A stretch of DNA of 64,000 bases from a virus, in IMG/VR virus record IMGVR_UViG_3300033181_000231; one strand, written 5' to 3'. Both the position numbers and the translations under genes were made by a program. The notes beneath the pieces are model-generated. The model was not told the origin of the DNA and did no database searches. It saw nothing but the letters and a program-made list of their open reading frames with translations. Every line of letters begins with the position of its first letter. The first letter of the stretch is position 1. Below, in pieces: positions 8,259-16,836 of this stretch.

Positions 8259-9881
8259 ATGGCAACGGTGAAGGCTATCCAGGACTCCGTTGCCATCGGC
8301 GGTACACCGGGCGGCGTCACGGGCAGTCCCGCCGCAACCCCCGCGCAGGAGATCGAGTTGCGCGCGAATCCCTACGACGAATATGTGTCAGCCGGATATC
8401 TCGCGTGGTACGCGAACATCCCGCGGGTTCTTGGCTGGGCCATCGACGACCTTGAGGAGACGCTGGCCGATCCCGTTTATTCGGCCATGATGAACGACGC
8501 GCAGGTGTTCGCGTGCGTGGCGATCCTGAAAGCGAGCATCCTGGAGGATGGCGTCACGTTCACCGCGGCCGAGACGGATGAGGCGGCCGACGGCTACGCG
8601 TTGGCGGCCGACCTCCGCGACTTCTGTGAGCGCGTTATCGCGGATCTCGCGACGCCGATCGACAACGTCTTGTGGAACATGCTGGACGCGCTGGCCTTCG
8701 GCAACAAGGTGGCCGAGCAAGTCTATGCGGTGGAGGCGTCCCCGAGCGGGGCGCGGCAGGTTGTCCTGCGCGCGCTCAAGGTCAAGCCGCGCCGCTCCAC
8801 CTCGTTCGTGGTCGATGCGTTCAACAACACTATCGGCCTGCTGGGCCTGATCCCCGGCGTCGGCTTTCCGGTGCAGGTGGGGACGTACCTGACCAGTCCG
8901 CAGAGTCAGGCCAACCTCCTGCCGCGCGACAAGTTCGCCGTCCTGACCTTCCGCCCCAAAGATTCCGACCCGCGCGGCACATCGCTATTGCGCGCCGCCT
9001 ATGATCCCTTCAATGCAAAAACGCGCCTCAAGCCCGACTACCTGAAGTACTTGAGTCAGTTCGCCTCGCCCTCGCTGATGGGCGTTCTGCCGCAGAACGC
9101 GCAGCCCGGAGAGGCTATGGACGCGGCGGGGGCGACCCTCTATCTGCCGAACGGGCAACCGAAGAGGATTCTACCGCGCGACGCCCTCCAGTCGGCCCTA
9201 GTCAACTTCAGGAGCAGCACGGCGCTCGTCGTCCCGTTTGGGACCGAGGTGACGCCGATCGAGATGGCGGGGAACGGGCAAGCCTTCCTGGACGCGTTCA
9301 ATTGGTATGACCGCCAGATCACGACCGCCATCTTGCACCAGACGCTCGCTACGATGGAGGGGGAGCACCAGGCGCGGGCGGCGGCCTCGGTTCACCAGGA
9401 CGTGCTGGCGACGATCGTGCGTCAGGCCAAGGCCGCCGTCGAGACGATGCTGCGGCGCGACGTGCTGACGCCGCTGGTGCGTTACAACTACGGCGACAAA
9501 GCCCTGCGCCTCGTGCCTTACGTCACCCTGGGCCAGGTGGAGCAGCAGGACGTGGCGGGCCTGTGGGGGGCGGCGGCGCAACTCAAGAGTTCCGGCTATT
9601 TGAGCGACGACCAGTTGCCGGCGGTGGACGAGCTCATCAACATCCCCGTGCGCGAAGCGGCGCCCGCGCCGAACCCCGCTACGACCGACGCCGCCAGCGC
9701 GACCGACACAAGCGGAACACCGGATCACGGGCAGGGGAACGACTCCGCCGCCAACGCTGATACGGCCGACAACGCTAGGGCGGCGGCGATAGGCGATGGA
9801 GACAAGGGCGCGGCCGATGATGTATCGGCCGCGCCCACGGGGACACCCAAGCGTCTAGCCATCGTCGCGTCACAATCGTAG
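8259..9881 (+). CDS. Portal protein (DUF935/Mu gp29-like)
   Basis: Follows TerL. 'MLDALAFGNKVAEQVY', 'PRGTSLLRAAY', 'YDRQITTAILHQTL'. Confidence 0.85.
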   Translation: MATVKAIQDSVAIGGTPGGVTGSPAATPAQEIELRANPYDEYVSAGYLAWYANIPRVLGWAIDDLEETLADPVYSAMMNDAQVFACVAILKASILEDGVTFTAAETDEAADGYALAADLRDFCERVIADLATPIDNVLWNMLDALAFGNKVAEQVYAVEASPSGARQVVLRALKVKPRRSTSFVVDAFNNTIGLLGLIPGVGFPVQVGTYLTSPQSQANLLPRDKFAVLTFRPKDSDPRGTSLLRAAYDPFNAKTRLKPDYLKYLSQFASPSLMGVLPQNAQPGEAMDAAGATLYLPNGQPKRILPRDALQSALVNFRSSTALVVPFGTEVTPIEMAGNGQAFLDAFNWYDRQITTAILHQTLATMEGEHQARAAASVHQDVLATIVRQAKAAVETMLRRDVLTPLVRYNYGDKALRLVPYVTLGQVEQQDVAGLWGAAAQLKSSGYLSDDQLPAVDELINIPVREAAPAPNPATTDAASATDTSGTPDHGQGNDSAANADTADNARAAAIGDGDKGAADDVSAAPTGTPKRLAIVASQS

Positions 9882-9911
9882 GCCGCGTCGTGGCCTGAAA
9901 GAGGACTACCC

Positions 9912-10151
9912 ATGCCGAACAGGGCACAATCGGCCGCGACGCTGCACGCCGAGATCGGTGCGGCGACCTACAGCGCGCCGCCGTCGGCGACGCACGCCCA
10001 AATCCTGGCCGCCCTGCGTGCTGAGGGCGTCCTGGACGCGACGGGAGCCTACAGGACGGGCAAGGGGATGGCCGACGTGGTGCGCGCCGTCACGGTCCCC
10101 TCGGTGACGCAAGAAACGTTAGAACGCCTGCTGAAAGCGCGGGGGATTTAA
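9912..10151 (+). CDS. Hypothetical protein
   Basis: GAGGA RBS. Compact ORF in operon direction. Confidence 0.6.
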   Translation: MPNRAQSAATLHAEIGAATYSAPPSATHAQILAALRAEGVLDATGAYRTGKGMADVVRAVTVPSVTQETLERLLKARGI

Positions 10152-10153
10152 CC

Positions 10154-10423
10154 ATGACTGACGCCGCTGATCGATTGTACGACGCGTTGGTCGGCATCCA
10201 GCAGGCGCGCGGGCGCGCGGTGTTGGGGGAGATCGATGTGCTGGACGCGGCGCATAACGCGGGCTTGCCGCGATTGATCAATCGCGACGACGCCGCCGAT
10301 GTCAACCGCGCGTTCTGGGAATTGGACGCGCGGGGAGCCATTGTCTTGATGGCCAGGGGTACAGTCCCCATCACGTTTACCCTCGTGCCCCGGCTAGATC
10401 CGGCGCACTCCGCTGTTCGGTGA
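10154..10423 (+). CDS. Hypothetical protein (possible winged helix)
   Basis: Coupled to the upstream ORF. 'RAFWELDARGAIVL' is wHTH-like. Confidence 0.5.
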   Translation: MTDAADRLYDALVGIQQARGRAVLGEIDVLDAAHNAGLPRLINRDDAADVNRAFWELDARGAIVLMARGTVPITFTLVPRLDPAHSAVR

Positions 10424-10458
10424 CTACTCCCACGGGTAAACCCCGTGGGAGTAGTCAC
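10420..10458. repeat. Perfect 17-bp inverted repeat resembling IS200/IS605 right-end motifs; also a likely bidirectional terminator
   Basis: GTGACTACTCCCACGGG-TAAAC-CCCGTGGGAGTAGTCAC between convergent genes. Confidence 0.75.
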
Positions 10459-10473
10459 AGGTCAGTTGCGCCA

Positions 10474-10980
10474 TTAGGACACCACCATCTTGGCGATATG
10501 TGTGAACGTCTTGTCAATCATCAGCGCGACACCGTCGGGGATAAACAGGTCGAGCGACCGTTGCCCTGACAGCGAGAGGTACGCGCGGTCGTAGACGGCC
10601 AATTGGGGCAGCGCCATCGCGCGCAGGATGTGGTTAGCGGCGTCCTCATCCTCCATCGCGGAACCAGAGACGCGCTTGCCATACACGTCGGCGCGATTGG
10701 TAGTGCGTAGCAGATGATTGAGAGTGCCGCGATTGAGGTAGACCAGCGCGAAGCGATCAAATGGCGACGGTTCCCGTTGATCGCGCGGATACGAAGCGGT
10801 AACGGTCGCGATGTCGTGCAGCGGCGTGGCTGCGGCACTGTTTGTCCAGGGGACGACCGCCTGGTACCTCCACGCGACACGGCCCGTGATGACGGCGCTC
10901 GTACAGGCAAGGATTAATCCGTTTTCCAGACGCTCCGCTTCCAGCGCCCTATAATAACTTTCCCGCTGCTCCGTCGCCAT
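10474..10980 (-). CDS. Truncated paralog of the major capsid protein (A-domain region), antisense to the head operon
   Basis: AAGGAG RBS. Colinear motifs shared with the 14984-16012 MCP: VPW..A.ATPL.D, FD..A..Y.N..T.N..L..TN.AD.YG.RV.G, LP....YD..YL, LFIPD. Confidence 0.85.
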   Translation of the reverse strand: MATEQRESYYRALEAERLENGLILACTSAVITGRVAWRYQAVVPWTNSAAATPLHDIATVTASYPRDQREPSPFDRFALVYLNRGTLNHLLRTTNRADVYGKRVSGSAMEDEDAANHILRAMALPQLAVYDRAYLSLSGQRSLDLFIPDGVALMIDKTFTHIAKMVVS

Positions 10981-11076
10981 AGATGCTCCTTGGAGAAACA
11001 GACAACTCTACCCGCAGTATAAGCGCGTGTACGCACGCGCGATGCGCGTTATGCAACACCTCGTTAAGGGGGCGCC

Positions 11077-13896
11077 ATGCCTGACAAGGACGCCTCTTAA
11101 CGCTGGATCACCTGTCATCCGCATGGCGATGACGGTCCCGGCCGACCTGTCCTGCTTAACAGCGACGGCACGATCGCGGGCGGCATGGGCGGCAAGTTCA
11201 ACGGCCAGAAGATCGGTGAGATCTACAAAGGCGGCGACGCCAGGACGCCCACGGCGTCGGGCGGCGCGGCGGGCGTGCCCAACACGCTGGCGCATCCGTC
11301 ACACAACGCGCACGCGGCCGATTACGCCGACCTGGGGCCGGAGATGGCCCCCACGGTCTACGGCACACCGACGCACGCGGACGGCGCGTGGCGTCTGCAC
11401 CTGCGTAACCAACACCTCGTGGACGCCGCAATGGAGGGCGACCGTCAAACCCTCTCCGGCCACCACTTCGACCTGCATCCCGACGGTGGCGTGATCTACT
11501 ACGTCCCCGGCGAAAGTGGCCCCGAGGGCTACACCGACTCCGCGCACGCCATGGCCATCGACGTGGGCGCGAAAGTGGCCGACCGCATGGCCATCGCCCA
11601 CGAGCGCACCATGCAGGCCGCCCAAAAAAAGGGCTACGTCCCGGACGAGCCTGACTTCGGTGATTTTGAGTGGCACGGCGAGGACCATCCGGGCGATGAC
11701 GACGCGGCTATGCGGGACTACGCCGCCGAGACAACCGCCGAACTGGCGCGTCACCGCGCATCCTCGCTCAAGGACGTGCGCGACTTCATCCGGCATGAGG
11801 GCGGCATCGCACCCCACACCCGGAAAGCGGGCGACAAGACGGACCCGCGCCGGAGCGACGAATATTTGAAACTTCCGTCGCACTTAAAAAATGAGCGCGG
11901 CCTGACGCTGGATCAGATGGCCGGCATGATCGCCGAGAAGTACCCCGGCCTGGGGATCGAAACGGAGAACGACTTGCACGACTACCTCACGTCTACCGAA
12001 CGCGAACGTAAGGGCGGCTACACCAAAGCGCGCATGAGTCGTCCCCGCCTTGCGCCCGGCTCCTACGTTCAGTGGGCCGACTCATCAGGCGCCGGTAAGG
12101 GCCGTATCGCCAGCGTCCACCGCGATGAGGTCGTGCCCAACGTGTTCGACGGGCGCGTGCGCGGATCGGCCGACGACCCCGCCGCGCGCATCCGCGTCCA
12201 TGAGAAGCACGGCGACGGGTGGCGACCGACCGACCGCTACGTCGGCCGCCTCTTTAGCGGCGTCTACGGCATCGGGGCCTTGTCGCGCCCCTCAACCGAC
12301 CCCGACCACGACGGCGACGATGACACGCCCGGCGCGGGCGGCGACACCGACCACGACGCGGGCGCGTCCCCCGCGTCGCTGTCAGCCACGCCGGCGGCGG
12401 CCCTATCGACCGACCTGACGATAGACACGACCCATCCAACGCACCCAGGAGGCATGATGCGCGCCGAGTTCAGCGCCGACCCCGTGGGGGTGACGGCCGA
12501 CGGCATGGTCGTCTTGCGCGGCAAGGCGTTCGCGGCCGGAGCCTACCCCGACAAAAACCTGACGGTAACGCCCGAGCAGTTATGGGACATCATCGCGCGC
12601 TTCGATGCGCCCGTCCCCATGAACCTCGCCCACCGCCATTCCGACGCCCTAGCGGGCCACCTGGGTGGCCTGGTGGACATGTGGGCGGACGACGACGGCG
12701 CGAGCCTGATGGTCACGTCCCATAAACCCGCATGGCTGCACGCGCTGATGCCTGAGTCGCGCGTCTCGGTGGAGATCCCCCTCGACACCGACGAGCCGCG
12801 CATCACGGGCTGCGCCTGGACCTCGACCCCGCGCGTCCCCGACGCCCAGTTGGTCGCGGCTTTCTCGTCGTTTGAGCGGCGCGTGGAGGGCCAGGGCGGC
12901 GCGGAGGGCGCGGGTGGGGCACGGACCCCGCGCCCTCCTCAAAAGCCGCGTGGCGGGCTGCTGGGCGCGTTTGCGGGCGCACGGCACGACACGCGGTCGG
13001 GCCGGATGCGCCTTCAGGAGATGCACGACATGGCGGTGTCGGCGGGCGCGGTCTGCCGCGCCCCCGGCACGGCCAGCATGTCCAGCGCCCACGAGGCCAA
13101 GGGCATCCAGGCCATCCACGACGTATCGGTCGCGCACGGCGCGACCTGCGACGCGCAAGCGATCACGCCGGCCGACGCGTCGCGGCCACTGTACGGCATG
13201 TTCGACCAGCGACCGACCAGCGGCGGGGTGTCCGGCCGCGCGACGACGAACGGCGGGAGCCGTAGGGAGACACGCGGGACCATGAATCTACTCGACTGGA
13301 TCAAGGGCAAGGCGGCGGAAGACGGTCTGGACGTACAGGACGAGGACATCCGCGCGCAGTTCAGCGCCGGCCCCGATCCCAAGGTGGCCGCGCTTGATAC
13401 GGCGCACAAGGAGCAGGCGGCGCTCTTCGCGGCGTCCGAGCAGGAGCGCGCGGCGCAGGCGGCCGAGATCGCGACATTGAAAGAGGACCGTGCGAAAGAG
13501 AAGCGGGCGCGCATCGAGGCCGAGGCCGCGCACTTCGCGGACACGCAGATCGACGCCAAGCGCGCCCTGCCGGCCGAGCGCGAGGCGGCCATCGCCCTCT
13601 ACGTGCAGGCGGCGCTCGATGATGCGGAGACCCAGGGCAAGACGGCGGCGTTCAGCGACGGCGCGAGCCGCGTCTCGGCGCTGGTGGGGGCCTACGCGGC
13701 GCGCGTCCCGCACCAGTTGACGCAGGAGATGCTCAAAGACGTGGACCTCCAGGCGCTGTTTAGCCAGCAGCAGCAAGCCGGGGTGGACGATAAGGCCAAA
13801 GTCAAGCCCGAGACGCGGCGCGACCTTCTGTCGCGCACGGCCGAGGGCCGCGCCATCCTCGACCAGGAAGAGAAGGCCACCCGCGCCGGGAAGTAG
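11077..13896 (+). pseudogene. Large head protein (N-terminal accessory domains + Mu-I-like prohead protease + scaffold) with in-frame TAA at codon 8
   Basis: RBS AAGGGGG, then ATG 11077 MPDKDAS*RWITCHPHGDDGPGRPVLLNSDGTIAGGMGGKFNG, continuing in frame with the 903-aa ORF. Internal RBS+ATG at 12454 and 13282. Confidence 0.6.
12454..13896 (+). CDS. Prohead protease/scaffold (Mu I/Z-like), probably translated from an internal start; nested scaffold start at 13282
   Basis: GGAGG 3-4 nt before ATGATG. 'AFAAGAYPDK...PMNLAHRHS...RVSVEI...ITGCAWTSTPRV'. C-terminal charged helical scaffold. Confidence 0.7.
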   Translation: MMRAEFSADPVGVTADGMVVLRGKAFAAGAYPDKNLTVTPEQLWDIIARFDAPVPMNLAHRHSDALAGHLGGLVDMWADDDGASLMVTSHKPAWLHALMPESRVSVEIPLDTDEPRITGCAWTSTPRVPDAQLVAAFSSFERRVEGQGGAEGAGGARTPRPPQKPRGGLLGAFAGARHDTRSGRMRLQEMHDMAVSAGAVCRAPGTASMSSAHEAKGIQAIHDVSVAHGATCDAQAITPADASRPLYGMFDQRPTSGGVSGRATTNGGSRRETRGTMNLLDWIKGKAAEDGLDVQDEDIRAQFSAGPDPKVAALDTAHKEQAALFAASEQERAAQAAEIATLKEDRAKEKRARIEAEAAHFADTQIDAKRALPAEREAAIALYVQAALDDAETQGKTAAFSDGASRVSALVGAYAARVPHQLTQEMLKDVDLQALFSQQQQAGVDDKAKVKPETRRDLLSRTAEGRAILDQEEKATRAGK

Positions 13897-13997
13897 TACC
13901 TGTCGCGCCCCTCGCATCCAGAGCGTGACACGTATCGACGTAGCCATTCCGCTTGACCCCTCACTGACCGCGCGCCCGCCGTGGCGTGCCCCGACCC

Positions 13998-14028
13998 AAC
14001 CCGTTGCCACAGAGGCAGCGGGTTTTTT
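13998..14028 (+). terminator. Intrinsic terminator within the head operon
   Basis: AACCCGTTGCC-acaga-GGCAGCGGGTT-TTTT. Confidence 0.6.
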
Positions 14029-14058
14029 GTTGCGCGCCACGGCGCGTGGAGACACACC

Positions 14059-14847
14059 ATGCCGACCACTCCCATTCTCCAGTTCCGCGCGGATCGCGTC
14101 GACCCCATCCAGGACGAAGACCTGGTCAAGGCCGAGTCCGTCAACCTCTCCCCCGGCGTGTACCTCAAGGGCACGCTCCTGGGGCAGGTGACGACGCCCA
14201 ACAACCCGGCTGTCCCCGCCGCCCCCGCGCCGACAACCGCCACGACGGGCGGCACGGTCGCGGCCAGCGCCTACGGTATCGAGGTGACCTACGTCAACAG
14301 CCTCGGCGAGACGACCGCGTCGGCCGCCGGGACCGTGACGACGACGGGCGCCACGTCCACCATCACCGTGCCGTCGCCGCCCGCGTCGGGCAACGCGGCG
14401 GGCTACTACGTCTACGCGACGGGGCCGGGCGGCGCGACCTACGCGCGCCAGCAACCGGCCGGTCTGCCGACCGCGCTCGGGACCGCGTTCACATTGACCG
14501 CGCCGCCGACGGCCACGGGCGCGACGCCCCCGGCCAGCAACACGGCCAACGCCGTCGTCGGGGCCTACGTGCCCTACGCAGCGGCGAACACGGACGGGTC
14601 GGGCACGGCGCGCGGCATCCTCGTCTACTCCTGCACGGCGACGGCTCCCGTCGCGGGCGACACGACGGGCATCGCGGACGTGGGTTATGGCTCGGAGTAC
14701 GGGCGCTCGTACAAGACGACGCCGATGTACTATCGCGGCACGTTCGCGACCGCCGACCTTGTGGGCCTCGACCAGGTGGCCGTGACCGCCATGGGCGCCT
14801 TGCTGTTCAAGGGCTCGCTCGCCAACGGGAAGATCGTGATTGGCTGA
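14059..14847 (+). CDS. Head decoration protein (lambda gpD-like) with an inserted beta-rich domain
   Basis: Between scaffold and MCP. 'YLKGTLLGQVT...YVPYAAANTDGSGTARGIL...YYRGTF'. Confidence 0.75.
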   Translation: MPTTPILQFRADRVDPIQDEDLVKAESVNLSPGVYLKGTLLGQVTTPNNPAVPAAPAPTTATTGGTVAASAYGIEVTYVNSLGETTASAAGTVTTTGATSTITVPSPPASGNAAGYYVYATGPGGATYARQQPAGLPTALGTAFTLTAPPTATGATPPASNTANAVVGAYVPYAAANTDGSGTARGILVYSCTATAPVAGDTTGIADVGYGSEYGRSYKTTPMYYRGTFATADLVGLDQVAVTAMGALLFKGSLANGKIVIG

Positions 14848-14983
14848 CAGGTTAGCCCGTCGCCTTCCCTGTCGTATCGTGCGCGCCCCGGCGCGCGTGG
14901 GCCACACATCAGGCCCCCAAAGCCGTGTATCACAATCAGCTTTGCGCCCCGGGGCGCGTGGGCCGTGGCCCAGGAGATAAAAA

Positions 14984-16012
14984 GTGGCATATATCCTCCC
15001 GACCTCCGTTGAACTGATGGAGATTGCACAGGATCTCATCCCCCGCTTGCAGCAAGACCGCGCGATCTTCGACCTCATGCCGATGCGCGACAGCGACCGC
15101 GCGTTCGTCGAGTGGGACCAACGTGACAGCTTCACCGGCCTCCAGCAGATCCGCGGCTTGGGCGGCGAGCCCGTGCGCGTACAGAAGTTGGGCGCCAAAC
15201 GCTACCGCATGCAGCCCGGCATCTACGGGGAGTTCGAGCGGTTCGACGAGACCGAATTGACCGAGTACCGTGTCCCCGGCTCGTTCGATCGCCCCATCGA
15301 CCTGCGCGACATGGTGATGGGGTCGCAGATGCGTTTGCTGGAGCGCCGCCTCGACCGCATCGAGCAGGTCGGGTGGGCCAGCCTTCAGGGGCAGATCGCC
15401 GTGGCGCAGATGCTCCCCGGCGGCGCCAGCACCATCATGTACGCCGACACGTTCAGTGTGCAGGCGTTCACGGCGACGGTTCCGTGGGGCACGTTCGCCA
15501 GCGCCACGCCGCTGGCCGACTTTCGTAACACGAAGCTGCTGGCCCGTGGACACTCGGTCGTGTTCGACGACACGGCTAGGGCGTACACGAATCAGAGCAC
15601 CATCAACAAGATGCTGTCCAACACGAACAACGCCGACCTCTACGGTCGCCGCGTGACGGGCCTCGCCACGGCCAACAGCCTAGAAGGCGTCAACTCGCTC
15701 TTTCTAGCCGATGGCCTGCCGCGGATTATCGCCTACGATCAGACGTATCTCGACGACACCGGCGCGTACCAGTTGTTCATCCCAGACAACACGGTCATCA
15801 TCGTCGGACGGCGTCCCGGCAACGTCCCCGTCGCGGAGTACCTCTTCACACGCAACGTCAACAACCCCGGCTTCGCCCCCGGTCCGTACATGGACGTGGT
15901 CGACCGCCTGACCCAGGGTGGACAGTACCCGCGTACCATCGATATCCATGACGGGCATAATGGAGGAATTGCCCTCCTCTATCCATCGGCCGTGGTGGTA
16001 ATGCACGTCTAA
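14984..16012 (+). CDS. Major capsid protein (phage capsid E/HK97 fold)
   Basis: CAGGAG RBS, 342 aa, follows the decoration gene. 'RIEQVGWASLQG', 'LFIPDNTVIIVG', C-terminal 'GIALLYPSAVVVMHV'. Confidence 0.9.
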   Translation: MAYILPTSVELMEIAQDLIPRLQQDRAIFDLMPMRDSDRAFVEWDQRDSFTGLQQIRGLGGEPVRVQKLGAKRYRMQPGIYGEFERFDETELTEYRVPGSFDRPIDLRDMVMGSQMRLLERRLDRIEQVGWASLQGQIAVAQMLPGGASTIMYADTFSVQAFTATVPWGTFASATPLADFRNTKLLARGHSVVFDDTARAYTNQSTINKMLSNTNNADLYGRRVTGLATANSLEGVNSLFLADGLPRIIAYDQTYLDDTGAYQLFIPDNTVIIVGRRPGNVPVAEYLFTRNVNNPGFAPGPYMDVVDRLTQGGQYPRTIDIHDGHNGGIALLYPSAVVVMHV

Positions 16013-16272
16013 TCTGGCATATATTGACAATAAAGAGGGGTAGATAGTGGTATAATGAAAGGGTAACGTTCACGAGAATGCCCCCGCGCTGTTCGTAGCA
16101 GCCGAGGGCGTGACCAGAACTGGAGGTTCTGATATGGACAGTATACCCTCTTCGTTTTCCCAGATACCCCTCTTCGGTGACAAACCCTGCTCGACGTGTG
16201 GCGCGACTAAACCGCGCACCTCTGAGTACTACTACGTGAGAGATAAGCGCACAGGCGCTCTTTCGACGTGGT

Positions 16273-16836
16273 TTGACACTCCCACGGCTACAGCGCGTGG
16301 GATTCTCGCGTGTAGCTCCCACCCCGACAGGGTGGGTATTCACGAAGCTTCTGGTGCGGCGTTTCTGTCGCATCAGCCGTCCCTTTGACCAGGACGAGCG
16401 GAGTGCCATGCACCGCTCCCCGCCGAACGAACACCGCCATGACGACGATGCTCCTCTTAAGCACGGCGGGGAAGGACCGTTGCCGGTCTCCAGATAGCGG
16501 ATCACCTCATACCACTATCCATGCCAGGAATCCCGGAACATCCGGGTTGAGGGCGACCCGGAACATCCGGCGCTATCCTCCTAAGTCTACTATACTACGG
16601 GCATGAGCGCCATCAAAAAGACATCACGAGAGCACAACATACCGCTGCGGTTGAACGATGAGGAGCGGGCGACATTAGAGGCGATAGCAGCTATGTGGGG
16701 GCTGTCGCTGTCGGCGGCGATGCGGCGTCTCATCCGAGAGAAACGGGTTGGTGGCGAACGCGAGGCTAAAGCCGCTACAGCGGATGAAGCCCTCATATCC
16801 CAGGGCTAAAGCTCCTGGGCTTTACGGGCTACCCCT
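16273..16836 (-). mobile_element. Non-autonomous IS200/IS605-family element (564 bp, no tnpA/tnpB)
   Basis: Minus strand: TTAC|AGGGG...GCCCAGGAGCTTTAGCCCTGGG (left-end hairpin) through GAATCCCACGCGCTGTAGCCGTGGGAGTGTCAA| (right end). IS608-type TTAC/TCAA junctions, no target duplication. Confidence 0.8.
16603..16809 (+). CDS. Ribbon-helix-helix (CopG/MobC-like) protein carried by the IS derivative
   Basis: 'IPLRLNDEERATLEAIAAMWGLSLSAAMRRLI'. Stop lies within the left-end hairpin. Confidence 0.75.
   Translation: MSAIKKTSREHNIPLRLNDEERATLEAIAAMWGLSLSAAMRRLIREKRVGGEREAKAATADEALISQG

Noticed and set aside
13288-15198. 636-aa minus-strand ORF (also 44885-46945, 7468-8265, 34359-35267, 54801-56027 and many similar)
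   Set aside because: Shadow or alternative-frame ORFs of GC-rich real genes; Arg/Gly-rich with no motifs or RBS.
16024-16056. Perfect TTGACA/TATAAT promoter pair
   Set aside because: The spacer is 21 nt, so only the extended -10 is credible.
16273-16836. IStron (self-splicing intron + IS)
   Set aside because: The element is antisense to the interrupted ORF and no group I core motifs were recognised.
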